From Hemiscyllium ocellatum (lineage: Eukaryota): a DNA stretch of 64,000 nt. A program made the translations under genes and the position numbers. This document shows, piece by piece, positions 50,974 through 64,000 of the stretch (position 1 is its first letter; each line of letters begins with the position of its first letter). The stretch lies in contig NC_083408.1 in the NCBI RefSeq assembly GCF_020745735.1, positions 44,608,484 to 44,672,483 of the forward strand. The letters run 5' to 3'. The notes beneath the pieces were generated by a model. That model saw only the letters and a program-made list of their open reading frames with translations. It was not told the origin of the DNA and ran no database searches.

Positions 50974-53900
50974 TATATGTGGGCAATTTTCCAAATTATC
51001 GCCTGAGTGTCTATTTTGTAGCTGCACAGCAACAGTGCAGGGCACTTGTGGGACATTCTTTTTGGAAGGGTGAAGAGTCAGAGGTTATGACCAACATTGG
51101 CATCAACAACATTGATAGAAAGAGGGATAAGATTCAGAAAAAAAAGATTTAGGCAGCTAAGTGAGAGATTGAAATGAAGCACGTCTCAGACTGTTATCCT
51201 AGGATTGCCACTGGCACCACATGCTATTATGCCGCATGCTCACCTGTAGCTCATTGAACCTGGACTAATGGAAATATGCTGGGTTGTGAGGTTGGAGATT
51301 ATTTGCATATAACTCGATTGACAGTCTTCACTCACAACACCTCATGGATAGAACAGAAGCATACAGAATAGAAACCGGTCCTTTGAGCTTGCTCATTATG
51401 ACCATGGTTGATCATCCAACTCAATACCCTGTTCCCACTCTTTCCCCAGGCCCTTTGGTTCCTTTAGCCTGAAGAATTATATCTGAATCCTTCTTTAAAG
51501 CATTCAATTGGTTTTGGCCTCAACTGCTTCCTGTGAGAGATTTCCACAGGTTCACATGCCCTGAGTAAAGAAATTTCTCCTCATCTGAGTCCTACCCTAT
51601 TATTCTTAGACTGTAACCACTGGTTCTAGACTACCTGGTCATCCTTCCTGTGTTTACCTTGTCTAGCCCTGTTAGAGTTTTATCGGCTTCTGTGAGATTT
51701 TCCACTCCATTCTTCTAAATCGCAATGAATATAATCCTAATTGAACCAATCACTCTTCACACATCAGTCCTGCAGCGCCAGGAATCAATCTGTTAAATCT
51801 GGCTGTAGTCACACACACCCCTCCCAAATACCTTACTTAATTTGACCTTTGTGCTTTACCACTGTCTGTTCTCAGATAGATGACTCCCATCTTGAACTCT
51901 AGCCCCAAAAATCACTCTCCTTCATGCGCCAACTCCCCAGCAAAAATGTATTGCATTCAGAAAGGCACTTTGAACAAATTCAGTTGCCAGTCATTGCAAG
52001 GTATTAGTTTAGGTAAAATTTGGATTAATTTGGAATATCTCAAACACATTACAAGCACAAAATCAAACAGGGTAAGTAATGAGTGCCTCACCTATGTGAT
52101 CATTTCTTCATTTATCTAGAAGAAAAGAAAGGCAGGCAATCATTTGGATTCATGACACCAAATTCCCTCTCCACTTCCATTCAGACGTAATAGAGCATGT
52201 ACATCATTGAACTTACTACTCACTCAGAGATGTAAATATAGCTAAGGTTAACTTTGGAATACCTTATGAAAATTTCTCTCTGATCTCTAAGCTAATTCTA
52301 CATGATTGTAAGTGGACCATGAATATCTGTATTTTCAATAACATTGCATGTTTTCTGTGTCCCTATAGAATGATTGTTTGCTGCCCACAGACACTGCATG
52401 GTTTAATAATCCGGTCCAGAGGACATAATGAAATGAAAGACAGAACAGCTAACTTTTCTTTTGGTGTACAGATTTTACCTGCATGACCCTCAAATGCTGT
52501 CATTTCTTGTTCTCTGTACTAACATCCACCAAAACAAAATATAATTCCATTATCATTTTACAAACATTAATACCATCTTGACTAATCCTATATTACTGGA
52601 ATAAAAGTAACTTATTCATTGCCTCTTGTATCAGAATGGTGAATAAAACCCAATTTTTACGTATTAGATCTGTTAAAATAGACCCCATTTGACACGGTGG
52701 CAGTGGCACACAACACAATGGAGGATATCTACAAAATTAAAGCCTGGACCTCATCTCGCCGAGGACTGTGTGGTTGCTGCTCTTAAAAGTACAACCATTG
52801 CCAGATGTATCTGCAACAGGTTTCATTCTTGAACTCAGCCCTGAGGCAGGGTCTTATTCAGTTCACCCTCTTTTATATCTTCTCTAGTGTGTTTGTGTGA
52901 CACTTGACTCAATAATAAAAGCAACAGGATGTCACCTTTTGTTCTATATGTGCAACTACAGCAAACTGGTAATTAGGAGTTGTAAGAAGTAGTTGGTTAT
53001 TTTGTACCTTATTTACCTAAGGTTACTCAGATCATTTATATTGCCTTAACTTCTATTTGGTCGTGAACTTGAGATAGGCGAATTTGTCAAGTATAAGTTG
53101 ATGAGATACAAATATTGACAATTGTCAGTCTGGTTTATTTGGTTTATTACTCCTCTTGGAAGCACAGACACGGTGGCACCCTTGTGTTTTTGGTGTGTAG
53201 GCATTCAAAGGTAAATTTTGCAATATGTTTTTCTCTGCACCAGAAGGGTGCAATAATGTATTGAAGGGACTACAAAACACTTTGTTCATGCACTGAGAGA
53301 AATTTATTTGTTTCCAAGAATGCACCAAAAGTTCAATCCAAGCAGACATTATTAATAAGTGACTTTTTACACTTTCAGCTAAGCAATAATGGATTATCTA
53401 GAAAGTGAGCAGTATAGAAAAATGAGTGGATCAGTCTAAAATAGAAACTTGCTACACGTTGTCCATTTACATCTATTATCAAGTAGGATCATACAAGGTC
53501 TACAGCACATAAGCAGATTATTCAACCTGACGTGTCTGTATGAGTATTTATATTTAGGGTGGTTTGCTTTGTCATCAAAGACTGATCAAGTCTTGCAAGA
53601 ATAGGAAATCCAAATTCATTAAGTTCAACTTTCAGTGTAGGTGGGTTAAATCATTGCTTGATGAAATTACTAATCTTGTATTTTTAGTCCTTGAGACTAC
53701 TTTATGACTAATTGTGATATAGCTAAAAATCACACAACACCAGGTTATAATTCAATAGGTTTAATTGGAACCAAAAGGTGATAGAGCAGTTATCTGCAGG
53801 AAAGTTGAACTATCCTGTGTCAAATTAAGAACATTTTATCCAGTGCGTATAAAGTCTGTTTTTTTAAGTTGTGAGTTAAGAGGGAAACTCCTCATTAAAT

Positions 53901-55591
53901 TACATGATGGAGGCCCGCTCTAAGCACGACTGCTTATAACTTACAAATAAATAATTTGCTTTGCAGGTCAAATCAGACCGAATCTCCAGGAACCTAGCCA
54001 GCAACCCCGTTCAGTGAGTGCAGTATGAACATCATTCAGAAGCAAGCTCAGACTACATTGTGACATTCCACAGATCATCACTGGAGCTCTTACGTGAATA
54101 GTAGATAGTTGTATAAGGTGAAGGAGAACAACATATGTTCGTGGAACCACGCGTAACAAGGTATGAATTTCTTTGGGAAAGAAGAGGAGGGGAATTGAGG
54201 AAAACCATCAGTGGGGCTGATGTTTTTCTGTTCTTTTAATTCAAGAAAGTGGTAAGATTCTGCATATCTGTATATAGTGAGAAGGAAAGATCTGTCAATG
54301 TCCTAAAAACAAAATAAAAGATGCTGAAAATACTCAGCAAGTTCGGCAGATTCTCTGAGGAAATTAACAATGGGTTGGTCTTACATTTTTTAGCTAAGTG
54401 TCAGTTTTGTCATGTTTTATGGAGAGGCCTTGTGAGCTTCCTTCGCTGCATCTTATCAAAATCATAGAATCCCTACAGTGTGAAGCAGGCCATTTGACCC
54501 GTCATATCCATACGTTCTCTCTGAAGAGCATCCCACCCCGACCCACTGCCTCCTATTCTATTACAATATTTTATTGTAATCCTGCATTTCTCATGGTTAA
54601 TCCACCTAATCTGCACATGCCTGAACACTATGGGCAATTTATTTTGGCTAATCTAGCTAACCTTCTCACGCAATTCTGCCACATTTCCCACCTGACGTTC
54701 AGGTTCTTAAATGATTCTGTCCCAACTTTCTGGCCAAATGATCTGAAACATTAACTCTCTTCCTTTCTCCAAAAATGCTGAGTATGTCCCACAACTTTGT
54801 TTTCTTATTCCAGATTTCCAGCAACCACAGGCATTTTGCTTTTGTCTCGTTGCATTCTTTCATGTTCACTTCATGTCCAGTCCAGGTGGTATGAGTGTAC
54901 TGATTCTTTTAAAAAGCGCTGACATCTCTCAATTGAAAGCATAATCAGGTTTGCTGAACTCATGAGCTCATACTGATATTCTATTTTGTCTTGCCACAAC
55001 TGACTGCAATCCGCCCACTTTAACAAATAACCCTCAGGAATTTAGCAGTCTTGAGGCAGTTGCCTTTACCTGTCTGCAGTAATGGTTATTACTTAAGCGT
55101 CCTACCACGTGACTGTCTGAGTTTCGAAATCAGAGTGTGTTGTCTTCTTGTTGTGACTAGCCAGAAGATAAGGCTGTCATTTAACTCTGGCTCTTTTCAA
55201 TGTGCTTTTCCAAAAATGGTCATGTTTTATTTCCAGTCTGGTACAATGCTGAAATGATTATCTGAAGTGGGATTGATTACATGATTAGCTATGGTTTGTG
55301 CTAATGCCAGGGTATGCTTTGGATGAATTGTAAGCACAGTTTTGTTTTGAACAAGAGCGTCTGTGAAAACTAATTGTACCAAATGGTGATGCCATGTTTC
55401 TCTTGATAATATTTGGTTGACTGCAGGACCAAAAAGACAGTGTGTCTTCATTTTGTATAAATTTTAAACCAGACCCAGCAGGATGAGAGTGGGATTCTAA
55501 TCCAGTGTGTCGCCAGTTCACATATTTCTTTCATGTCTTTATTTAAAGCAAATTAATAAATAATTAGTAACAGATTGATGTCAGTTTGATC

Positions 55592-55868
55592 AGGCAGAAG
55601 ATACAGAAGCTTGAAAACATGCACCGACAGTGTCTTCCCTCTTGTTATTAGACTGATGAATGGACTCTCTAACTTCAAATAATGTTGATCTTGTTCATAT
55701 TGATCATGCTTCATGCACCTGCTGTGCTTTGTAAACTGTATGCCGCACTCTCCATCTAAGCACCCAATGATCTCTATGTCCTTGCTTACTATGATCTGCC
55801 TGTACTGCTTGCCAAACAAAGCTTTTCACTGTACTTAGTTGCACGTGACTCCAATAAATCAAGTCAAA
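55592..55868 (+). mobile_element. LINE 3' end (Rex1/Babar-like)
   Basis: SGRRYRSLKT....FPLVIRLMN-type C-terminus, then aataaatcaagtcaaa tail. Confidence 0.55.
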
Positions 55869-56112
55869 AAAGGGAGCCTTAAACCATCTATAAAGCACCA
55901 GCACCATAATCAGAGAAACAATCACACAGGACTGTTTTACTTATAACAGGTGACCCCTAAAGTCTAGATTGTTTCAGTGCAGTAACTGCAGAAGTCCCAC
56001 ATCGTCAGAGGGGGCAACCTTACATGGAGACATTAAACTGTGATCATTTCTGTCCTTTAGCTGGACTGGAAAGACACCATAGTGCTCTAGTTTGGTTGAC
56101 CTGGATCAACAA

Positions 56113-56390
56113 GGGGTGGTGTGGTGGCTCAGTGTCTCACAGCACCAGGGGCCTGGATTTGCTTTCAGCCTCGGGTGATTGTGTGGAATTTGCATGTTCT
56201 CCCTGTGTCTGCAGTGGGTTTCCTCCGGGTGCTCTGGTTTACTCCCACTGTCCAAAGATATGCAGGTTAGGTGAAGTGGCCATACTAAAATTGTCCATAT
56301 GATGTGTAGGTTAGGAGTAAAAGTAGAGGAATAGGTCGGTGTGGACTTGTTGGGCCAAAGGGCCTGTTTCCACATTGTAGGAATTCTAAA
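56113..56390 (+). mobile_element. HE1-like SINE
   Basis: Same head, core and tail as 14025. Confidence 0.8.
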
Positions 56391-56849
56391 ATTTTGTTGG
56401 TTATATAGCTCTCTGGGACATCTGAGGTGTGAAAGCTGCTTTAGAAATGCAAGTTTGTTGTTTTGTTCATGTGAAGTGTAAATGCAAAAGTTCAAAGTTG
56501 GTACTTTCTCACCAAAGGCTAATTCAGAAACAATGCTGCAGTTGCTGTATACATTACATTCCACACGTGATCCCCCATGGCATTATTCAGGAAGTTCAGC
56601 AGAGATTCAGGGCTAATAATTATCCTTCAGCCAAAACCCCAAGAATAATTGAACAACTGTGTATTTCATATTTTCAGAAACCTGACATCTTGTCTAGGTT
56701 CCTGGAGAGTGACTGTAGGATATTCACGAACATCATCTGTTTCAATAGTCTGGTCTTGTCGACACAGCGGCAAAGCAATAACAACAGCTCGTCCACAGAA
56801 TGAAAACATAAATGATAATCTTAATATTGAGGCATTCCCTGACTGGGAA

Positions 56850-57270
56850 CCAATGTAAGTCACAAACACGGGAGGCCTAGTTAGCAACTTATGGTGTAAG
56901 AGGTCACAAGCTGAGTTATGAATGAGTTCCAGGGATGAAGTTGGAAGAATGGCCAGGAGAGCATTGGAATAGTCAAGTCTAAAGGGGCAAAAAGCATGCA
57001 TGAAGGTTTCAGCAGCTGATGAGCTGGGAGACAGTGGAGTGGGACAATATCACTAAGATGGAAATGAGTTGGATGGAAATGGTATGTGTTTAGAAATCCA
57101 CTAAAGGGCAGATATGACACCAAGGATGCAGTCTGGTTCAACCTCAGACAGTTGGATGGATGGAGTCAGCAGCTCTGAATGGAATATGCGATGGAGACTG
57201 AAGATAATAGCTTCAGTCTTGTTAATAGGAAATTTCTGCTCATTCAATACTGCATGCCCAACAAGCAGTC
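56850..57270 (-). mobile_element. L2-like LINE fragment
   Basis: RLDYSNALLA motif in ORF 56666-57001. Confidence 0.6.
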
Positions 57271-58409
57271 TGGTAAAGCAGTGTTTACAGAGGCAACACA
57301 GGACAATGTACCCTCAATTTTTTTCACAGAGTGTGAGTGATTTGTTTATGCTTGTGGCCTTTAAATATTTAGTTTTGCACAGCTGCACACTACTTTTTAT
57401 TGACATGGGTCAATTTGTATGTGGACTGCTGCAGGAACCTTTAGCTTAGAAGATCTTGGTGGAACTGTTCAAGAGAGGCTGTGGTGATGTGAAAACTGAC
57501 TGTGTCTCTGGATATTATCACTGAGGGGCAGCATGATCAATAGGAGGGACACATCAGAGGTAACCATTTAGGAGTGGGCAGAGAAGCCATATTGCAAGTG
57601 ATAGGTAAGAATGGAGTCAAGGGAAGCCACAGTTGGATGAAGATGGAGTGATGTTGGAGGTGTGTCAAAAAGGATGATCTTTGTGATTTTGCTCAGCGCC
57701 ATGCATGGTAAAGGTAGCTCTCCAATCTTCACCAACACCCCATGCTTGACCCATCCAATCTGACACTACTCCATCTTTCCACTCTTTACTGACCTCAGGT
57801 TCAATCTTGTGGGAGTATGAATCAGTGATTCTGGGCCAGAATACTGTTATGCCATCTCTAATTTGTTCTCTGTGAGTTGGGCCAATACACTTGCTTTTTA
57901 AAATTCCAAACTGTACCATTGGATAGGACAGGAGTAGTGGCACAGGATAAAAGGAGCTATGAATTTCAACAAGGCATCGACTGGTTAATTATCTCATTGC
58001 CATAGGTTAGACCATAAATGCCAAACTTCTCTTTGAATGAATAGTGAGAAGACATCAGGAAACAATTTATTCTGTGCCTTATGAAAGGTGCTATGAATGC
58101 AAGTACAGTCTCAAACCTTGTGTTGTTTCTTTTCAAGTGTAGAAATTTGCATTGAAACGTATCACCTTGTCACTTGCATGTGCTGCTGGAAATGACCAAA
58201 TCGTCTTGTCCTTGCCTGCGCAAGTAACAACAGAAGTCCACCTAAATTTCCTGATGAAGCCTCTGTGTTGGATGCCTTTACAAAATCCCTCAAATCCAAG
58301 ACACTTCACTGTTTCCTGTGAAAGGTTGTTGTGTCCTTCTGATTTTCTTACCAGCCATAAAGGGAATGTTTTATTCACAACACCTGCTGGTCAAATCCTG
58401 TTTCTGAAG

Positions 58410-58520
58410 TAACCTGCTTACTCAGAATTAGTCATACAGACTGCAAGCAAGGTGTGGAGAGGACGGCTGACTCATCAGCGTGTCTCTATGAGGCATTTCC
58501 TGCAATATTTAAAGCTTGGC
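58410..58520 (+). promoter_or_regulatory. Putative PLEK2 proximal promoter
   Basis: AP-1 site TGACTCA 58468-58474, AP-1-like TTACTCA and TTAGTCA at about 58418-58434, TATA-like TATTTAAA 58506-58513, all just upstream of the ATG. Confidence 0.4.
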
Positions 58521-58566
58521 AATTTGATGCTGAGCACAGAGGCAACCTGGATATTTGGCAGTTAAC

Positions 58567-58614
58567 ATGCAACGAGAAACAGCTGTATCAAGAGAGGGAT
58601 TCTTGGTCAAAAGG
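58567..58614 (+). CDS. PLEK2: Pleckstrin-2, first coding exon
   Basis: MQRETAVSREGFLVKR then gtaaga; matches PLEK2 ..LKEGFLVKR. Confidence 0.9.
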
Positions 58615-59575
58615 GTAAGAGAATCTGATTTATTATCTCTCATTTGACCTGGTAAAATAATTCCTGTGCCAATAATGCTTGAAATTTACAGTGATGACTT
58701 TAAAACTGAATCATGCTTGCTTTGAATCTGTAGTTAGTGCTGGGAGGAGTTTGAAAATGTTTTCAACGTACTGTAAAAATTCTGCCATGTAAAATTAAAG
58801 CCTAAACTTCACACAGAAATACTTTCTGCTACTTCTGTTCTTTTTTTTCTATATTTTTCACTTTATTAGCTGCTCCTTTGGTTTTTTTAAGTTTGTTTCT
58901 CCCCAAATTCTTTCATCCCTTGGACTCCAGTGCACATAATACTTGAGTATTTGCAAGTTGGGAATTGAAACACTCCCTAATTCTTTTTCTTCCCACTCTC
59001 ATTAATCACCACTGGTATATGTTGCCTTTCTTGGAGGTGGGATATGATTGTATCTTGTTGCTCTTTCCATGATGTGGCACTGAGGGGACGGAGATTATTT
59101 CTTCTTGAACAGTCATGATACTAAATCACTGAGGCTGAGGTTTGTAAAGCCTCTCTTTATCGCCATATTTGTCTGGAGAGCTGTTTAGTCTCCTTTGTTC
59201 AGGAGGCAGAGACTGCAGTCTTTTATGTGGTTACTGGCACCATTCTGAAAAGCAGAATTGAAGCAAGGTGATACAGGCAGTGTTAGGACATTTTCTTGTG
59301 TTATCTCATGTAGGCACAATGGGCTGAATGGCCTCCCTTTGTGCTTTTCTATTCTATAATTCCATCATTCTCCCGACTGTGTGACCTGGAGGTAAAAGAA
59401 AGTACAGTCCCAGGAATGTGAGAAGATATATTGCTCCATTGGTCTTTACCCACAAGACAGTGTGAGGGGAATATTTGATTGCAGAAGGAGTCATAGCTAA
59501 AAGAGCTAATATCCAAAGATGTCCAACTGGAGACAATGGATCCAAACTGGAAGTACACTTGACCAGTTTTGTTTC

Positions 59576-59712
59576 ATAGGCAGATGTGGGTACTGCAGAT
59601 GTTGGAGATCAGAGTCAAGATTAGAGTGGTGCTGGAAAAGCACAGCAGGTCAGGCAACATCCAGTGAGCAGGAAAATCGACATTTCAGGCAAAAACCCTT
59701 CATTCAGGAATG
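59576..59712 (-). mobile_element. Solo PLE terminus, not inverted
   Basis: TSD agttttgtttc 59565-59575 and 59713-59723; homologous to the 26.8 and 39.1 kb ends; decayed hammerhead at about 59678-59708. Confidence 0.75.
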
Positions 59713-60803
59713 AGTTTTGTTTCTTTTTTCTCTGATCCCTAGTGCTGATGAGCAGATCTATTATAATCTAAGCTGCTGAAATGAATTAACCATCATTTGG
59801 AATCTTATGAATGATTCAATACCATATCACCAGAGGAAAGAAAAGTCTGTTTTCTCCCCACAACGTGTCTATTCGGTGTACCAATTCAGCCTGTTGTCTT
59901 AAAAATAATAGTTCATTGCAACATAGGATTGTGTTAATGCAAAAGGAAAATAGCAACCAAAGAACACTTGGAAAAATACATTGAGAATGTTATTTTCTTG
60001 TTCATTGTTTATTGGTTGTTTTTTTTCTGCAGCTTGTAGGTTCTTGTTGATATTTCTTCTCTGTCATATCATAATTTGATGCAATGGGTTCCAACTGCGA
60101 TTTTTGCAATTAACATTTAAGCATGATATGAATTAGTCAGGATTTCTAGTTTGTTGTGATAACTTAAATGTACAGGCTAGCTACAGTAAAAGGCAGAATG
60201 ACTCCAACTGCCAAAGTCAATCCTCTTACGCCTTATGGATCATGGACTCTGCCTCCTCACCTTGTCCCACATTCACAGAGTGGTGCCCCTCCAGCTAAAA
60301 ATAATAATTACATCGAGAGAGAGATGCTAAACGTCCTTTGTGGATTATAGCTAATTAAATGCTCACATACCTTCATAGGTATGCACTCAAAGCAAGTCAT
60401 TTAATTATATAGATGCATTGTGAAAAATGGTTGTCATCCTGTTTAATTGTCATAATTTGGTTTGAATGTGAATTCTCTACTAAGCTAGTCAAAAAGCTAA
60501 ACATTATTTCTTTTTCTTTTAAATTATCAGATTATGAATAAGGTATTTCTTACAGCACAGGATTTAAGAATTGACATCATTCAAGCAGTGCTACCTGGTT
60601 TGTTTTCCACTGGTTTGTTTCATAGAATAATAAACATTACACTATAAAGAATGCTCTTGTCCCTGATTTATTAAAGTTCAGTGCTGATGTGGATAAATAC
60701 ATTTTCTTGTGAAAAAAACATTTCAATGTGTATTGGCCCAGTGTGAAGTTTCTGTATTTTAGGGTTTGCTTGCAAGATTTTTAAGATAAACTTTTCTTTT
60801 CAG

Positions 60804-60968
60804 GGTCACATTGTTCACAACTGGAAAGTGAGATGGTTTGTATTGTCCAAGGACCAGCTTCTCTACTACAAAATAGAAGGAGGAAAGAAGGAGTCTCGTC
60901 CCAGACGCATTATTTCTCTGGAAGGATGTACTCTCCACTGTCCCTGTATGGATTATGAAAACAGGCCG
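60804..60968 (+). CDS. PLEK2: Pleckstrin-2 coding exon 2 (N-terminal PH domain)
   Basis: GHIVHNWKVRWFVLSKDQLLYYKIEGGKKESRPRRIISLEGCTLHCPCMDYENRP; ttcag / gtaaga; 165 nt. Confidence 0.95.
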
Positions 60969-61190
60969 GTAAGAACTACAAAACATGCTGTTGTCTAAAT
61001 CCTTGTTTCTTTTAACTGTGCAATTTTACAATTGATTATAAAATCTCAATTGGATATTCCTTTCTGACAGTTCCTTCATTGTTCTGCAAATTTACAATCC
61101 CTGGTTGGTTTTCTTTGCCCCATTCCTCCCAGGACCACTTAGCCATGGTTGCATCTTCATTATCACTTCAACTGAGTTGTCATCCTATTT

Positions 61191-62654
61191 ATAGAGTCAT
61201 AGAGTCATAGAGATGTACAGCATGGAAACAGACCCTTCAGTCCAACCCGTCCATGCCGACCAGATATCCCAACCCAATCTAGTCCCACCTGCCAGCACCC
61301 GGCCCATATCCCTCCAAACCCTTCCTATTCATATACCTATCCAAATGCCTCTTAAATGTTGCAATTGTACCAGCCTCCACCACATCCTCTGGCAGCTCAT
61401 TCCATACACGTACCACCCTCTGTGTAAAAATGTTGCCCCTTCGGTCACTTTTATATCTTTCCCCTCTCACCCTAAACCTATGCCCTCTAGTTCTGGACTC
61501 CCCCACCCCAGGGAAAAAACTTTGTCTATTTATCCTAACCATGTCCCTCATAATTTTGTAAACCACTATAAGGTCACCCCTCAGCCTCCGACGCTCCAGG
61601 GAAAACATCCCCAGCCTGTTCAGCCTCTCCCTGTAGTTCAGATCCTCCAACCCTGGCAACATCCTTGTAAATCTTTTCTGAACCCTTTCAAGTTTCACAA
61701 CATCTTTCCAATAGAAAGGAGACCAGAATTGCATGCAATATTCCAACAATGGCCTAACCAATGCCCTTTACAGCCGCAACATGACCTCCCATCTCCTGTA
61801 CTCAATACTCTGACCTATAAAGGAAAGCATACCAAACACCTTTTTCACCATCCTATCTACCTGCGACTCCATTTTCAAGGAGCTATGAACCCGCATTCCA
61901 AGATCTCTTTGTTCAGCAACACTCCCTAGGACCTTACCATTAAGTGTATAAGTCCTGCTAAGATTTACTTTCCCAAAATGCAGCACCTCACATTTATCTG
62001 AATTAAACTCCATCTGCCACTTCTCAGCCCATTAGCCCATCTGGTCCAGATCCTGCTGTAATCTGAGGTAACCTTCTTCACTGTCCACTATACCTCCAAT
62101 TTTGGTGTCATCTGCAAAGTTACTAACTGTACCTCTTATGCTCGCATCCAAATCATTTATGTAAATGACAAAAAGTAGAGGACCTAGCACCGATCCTTGT
62201 GGCACTCCACTGATCAGAAGCTTCCCGTCTGAAAAACAACCCTCCACCACCACCCTCTGTCTTCTACCTTTGAGCCAGTTTTATATCCAAATGGCTAGTT
62301 CTCCCTGTATTTCATGAGATCTAACCTTGCTAATCGGTCTCCCATGGGGAACTTTGTTGAACGCCTTACTGAAGTCCATATAGATCACATCGACTGCTCT
62401 GCCCTCATCAATCCTCTTTGTTACTTCTTCAAAAAACTCAATCAAGTTTGTGAGACATGATTTCCCATGCACAAAGCCATGTTGACTATCCCTAATCAGT
62501 CCTTGCTTTCCAAATACATGTACATCCTGCCCCTCAGGATTCCCTCCAACAACTTGCCCACCACTGAGGTCAGGCTCACCGGTCTATAGTTTCCTGGCTT
62601 GTCTTTACCACCCTTCTTAAACAGTGGCACCACGTTTGCCAACCTCCAGTCTTC
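61191..62654 (-). mobile_element. CR1-clade LINE 3' fragment in PLEK2 intron 2
   Basis: KSCLTNL..DFSKAF..GVPQGSVLGPLLF..FADDTK; (ctatgact)n tail; stops and frameshifts. Confidence 0.93.
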
Positions 62655-62989
62655 ATAATTATCATAATTCCGTATGGATGTGAATTCTCGATTAAGCTAG
62701 TCAAAGAGCTCAAATATTATTTGTTTTTTCTTTTACGTTGAACAAATTGTGAGCCCAGATAGTTCTTACAGCAGAGGGACTAAGAATTGACACATTTCAT
62801 GCGGTGCACCCTGAGATCATTTAACAGCATAGACAAGAACTGCTTGATTCCAAAAGCATTGTTTTACAATGATACAGTGCATTTAGACCTTTGACAGATC
62901 TGTGTTCCCTCAGCAATGTTTGAAGGAATGCAAATTGCACATTTGCGTTACATCATCAGTATTATTTAATCATAAGATGTGGCAGTCTT

Positions 62990-63620
62990 TTGCAAGGCAT
63001 TGAATAGACAGTGGTGAACTGCCTTCTTTAACTGTTGCAATCTCTGCAGTGTAGGCGTATACACACAATATGATGAGAGAGGGAGTTCCAAGAATTGGTG
63101 AAGGTGAAGGAACAGTAAATACTTTCAATTCAGAATAGTGTGTGACTTGAGATATTAGAGCTGATGGTGTTTCCATGTTCCTAATATCTTCGAAAAGCTA
63201 AAAATCATGGGTTTGGGAAAATTTGTTGAAGAGGTTCCAGCAATTTGCTGCAGTGTATCTCATGCATAATGCTTGCTGCTCCTCACTGTACTGGTGGCAG
63301 ATGTTACTGCTTTGAGGGGGCTGCTTTGTCCTTGATGAGTGCTGGATCTGCACTCGTCCATGCAAGTGGAGAGTATCCCATTACACTGCAGACTTGTGTT
63401 TTGTCGAAAGGCACTGGGAGGTCAGAAAGTGAGTCACTCACTACAGAACACTTGCCTCTGACCGACTGTTGTAGCTGCAGCATTTATATTCCTGGTCCAG
63501 TGTGATTTCTGCTTACTGGGAAGTCTCCGGGATGTTGATGGTGGAGAATTCAGTGATAGTATTGCTGTTGAATGTCAAAGAGAGGTGCCGAGAGTCTATT
63601 GCTGGAAAGTTTTGTCACTG
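62990..63620 (-). mobile_element. Decayed fragment of the second LINE family (another copy at about 36860-37410)
   Basis: Reverse-complement similarity to 42500-43150. Confidence 0.55.
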
Positions 63621-63672
63621 AGCACAAGACTTTTGAAATCAAGTCTGAAAGAAATATTCACCTATATTCCAG

Positions 63673-63854
63673 CTGGTGATTAAATTGAAGGCAAAGAATT
63701 CTGTTGAGCATTTCCTCGAAGCTTCTTCCCGCGAGCAGCGAGATTCATGGGCTGCAGACATTCAAAAAATGATCAGAGCATCAAATCCAGAAGGTCAAGA
63801 GCAATCAAATGGTTCAAACATGGCCTTTGAACTACCGGCAAATATTTGCCTCAG
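63673..63854 (+). CDS. PLEK2: Pleckstrin-2 coding exon 3 (gene continues right of window)
   Basis: LVIKLKAKNSVEHFLEASSREQRDSWAADIQKMIRASNPEG...FELPANICL; ttccag / gtaagc; 182 nt. Confidence 0.93.
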
Positions 63855-64000
63855 GTAAGCATCACTCCTCTGTTTCATAGCTTTCAGTATATCTTGTTTT
63901 CCTCACCTCAATATTTTTTCCTTCTGGTTCACAAATTGCTGTCTTATTTCAGAGGATAGTTCTCCATGGGCTGAGAGACAATGAAGTCCTACCAAACTGC

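Noticed and set aside
52671-52926. TGTT...AACA segment with AATAAA resembling a solo LTR
   Set aside because: Flanks (agatc / ggatg) do not form a TSD and there is no second copy in the window
52060-54170. Isolated splice-donor-like sites (about 52071, 53210, 54160) as upstream PLEK2 exons
   Set aside because: No coding or transcript support from sequence alone
61213-61929. 238-aa plus-strand ORF (similar ones at 32878-33396 and 5430-5747)
   Set aside because: Antisense frames of CR1 ORF2 that recur with each LINE copy
63950-64000. Possible PLEK2 exon 4 at the window edge
   Set aside because: The ttcag acceptor gives an immediate in-frame TAG; the alternative gag acceptor gives RIVLHGLRD with poor similarity to the DEP domain start

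Overview
Vertebrate genomic DNA, very probably a shark (HE1-like SINEs and HER1/CR1-like LINEs; this is an inference). Three genes are present. ATP6V1D is on the minus strand (coding exons 1-4; the rest lies left of the window). It is head-to-head across a CpG-rich bidirectional promoter with a complete EIF2S1/eIF2-alpha on the plus strand (7 coding exons, 948 nt, 315 aa). PLEK2 follows on the plus strand (first 3 coding exons). Introns and intergenic DNA are full of CR1-like and other LINE fragments, tRNA-derived SINEs and one TA-flanked MITE. The most striking accessory signal is a set of at least 7 Penelope-like retroelement (PLE) insertions from two clades. They carry minimal hammerhead-ribozyme motifs, and most share one architecture: two oppositely oriented arms between 11-17 bp target-site duplications (TSDs), one arm starting at the element terminus and the other usually about 32-42 nt inside it. 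The extreme case is a 964-bp-arm, ~99% identical palindrome in EIF2S1 intron 6. Exon coordinates were read by hand from splice sites and reading frame; boundaries of old repeats are approximate and family names are from recognition, not from a database search.
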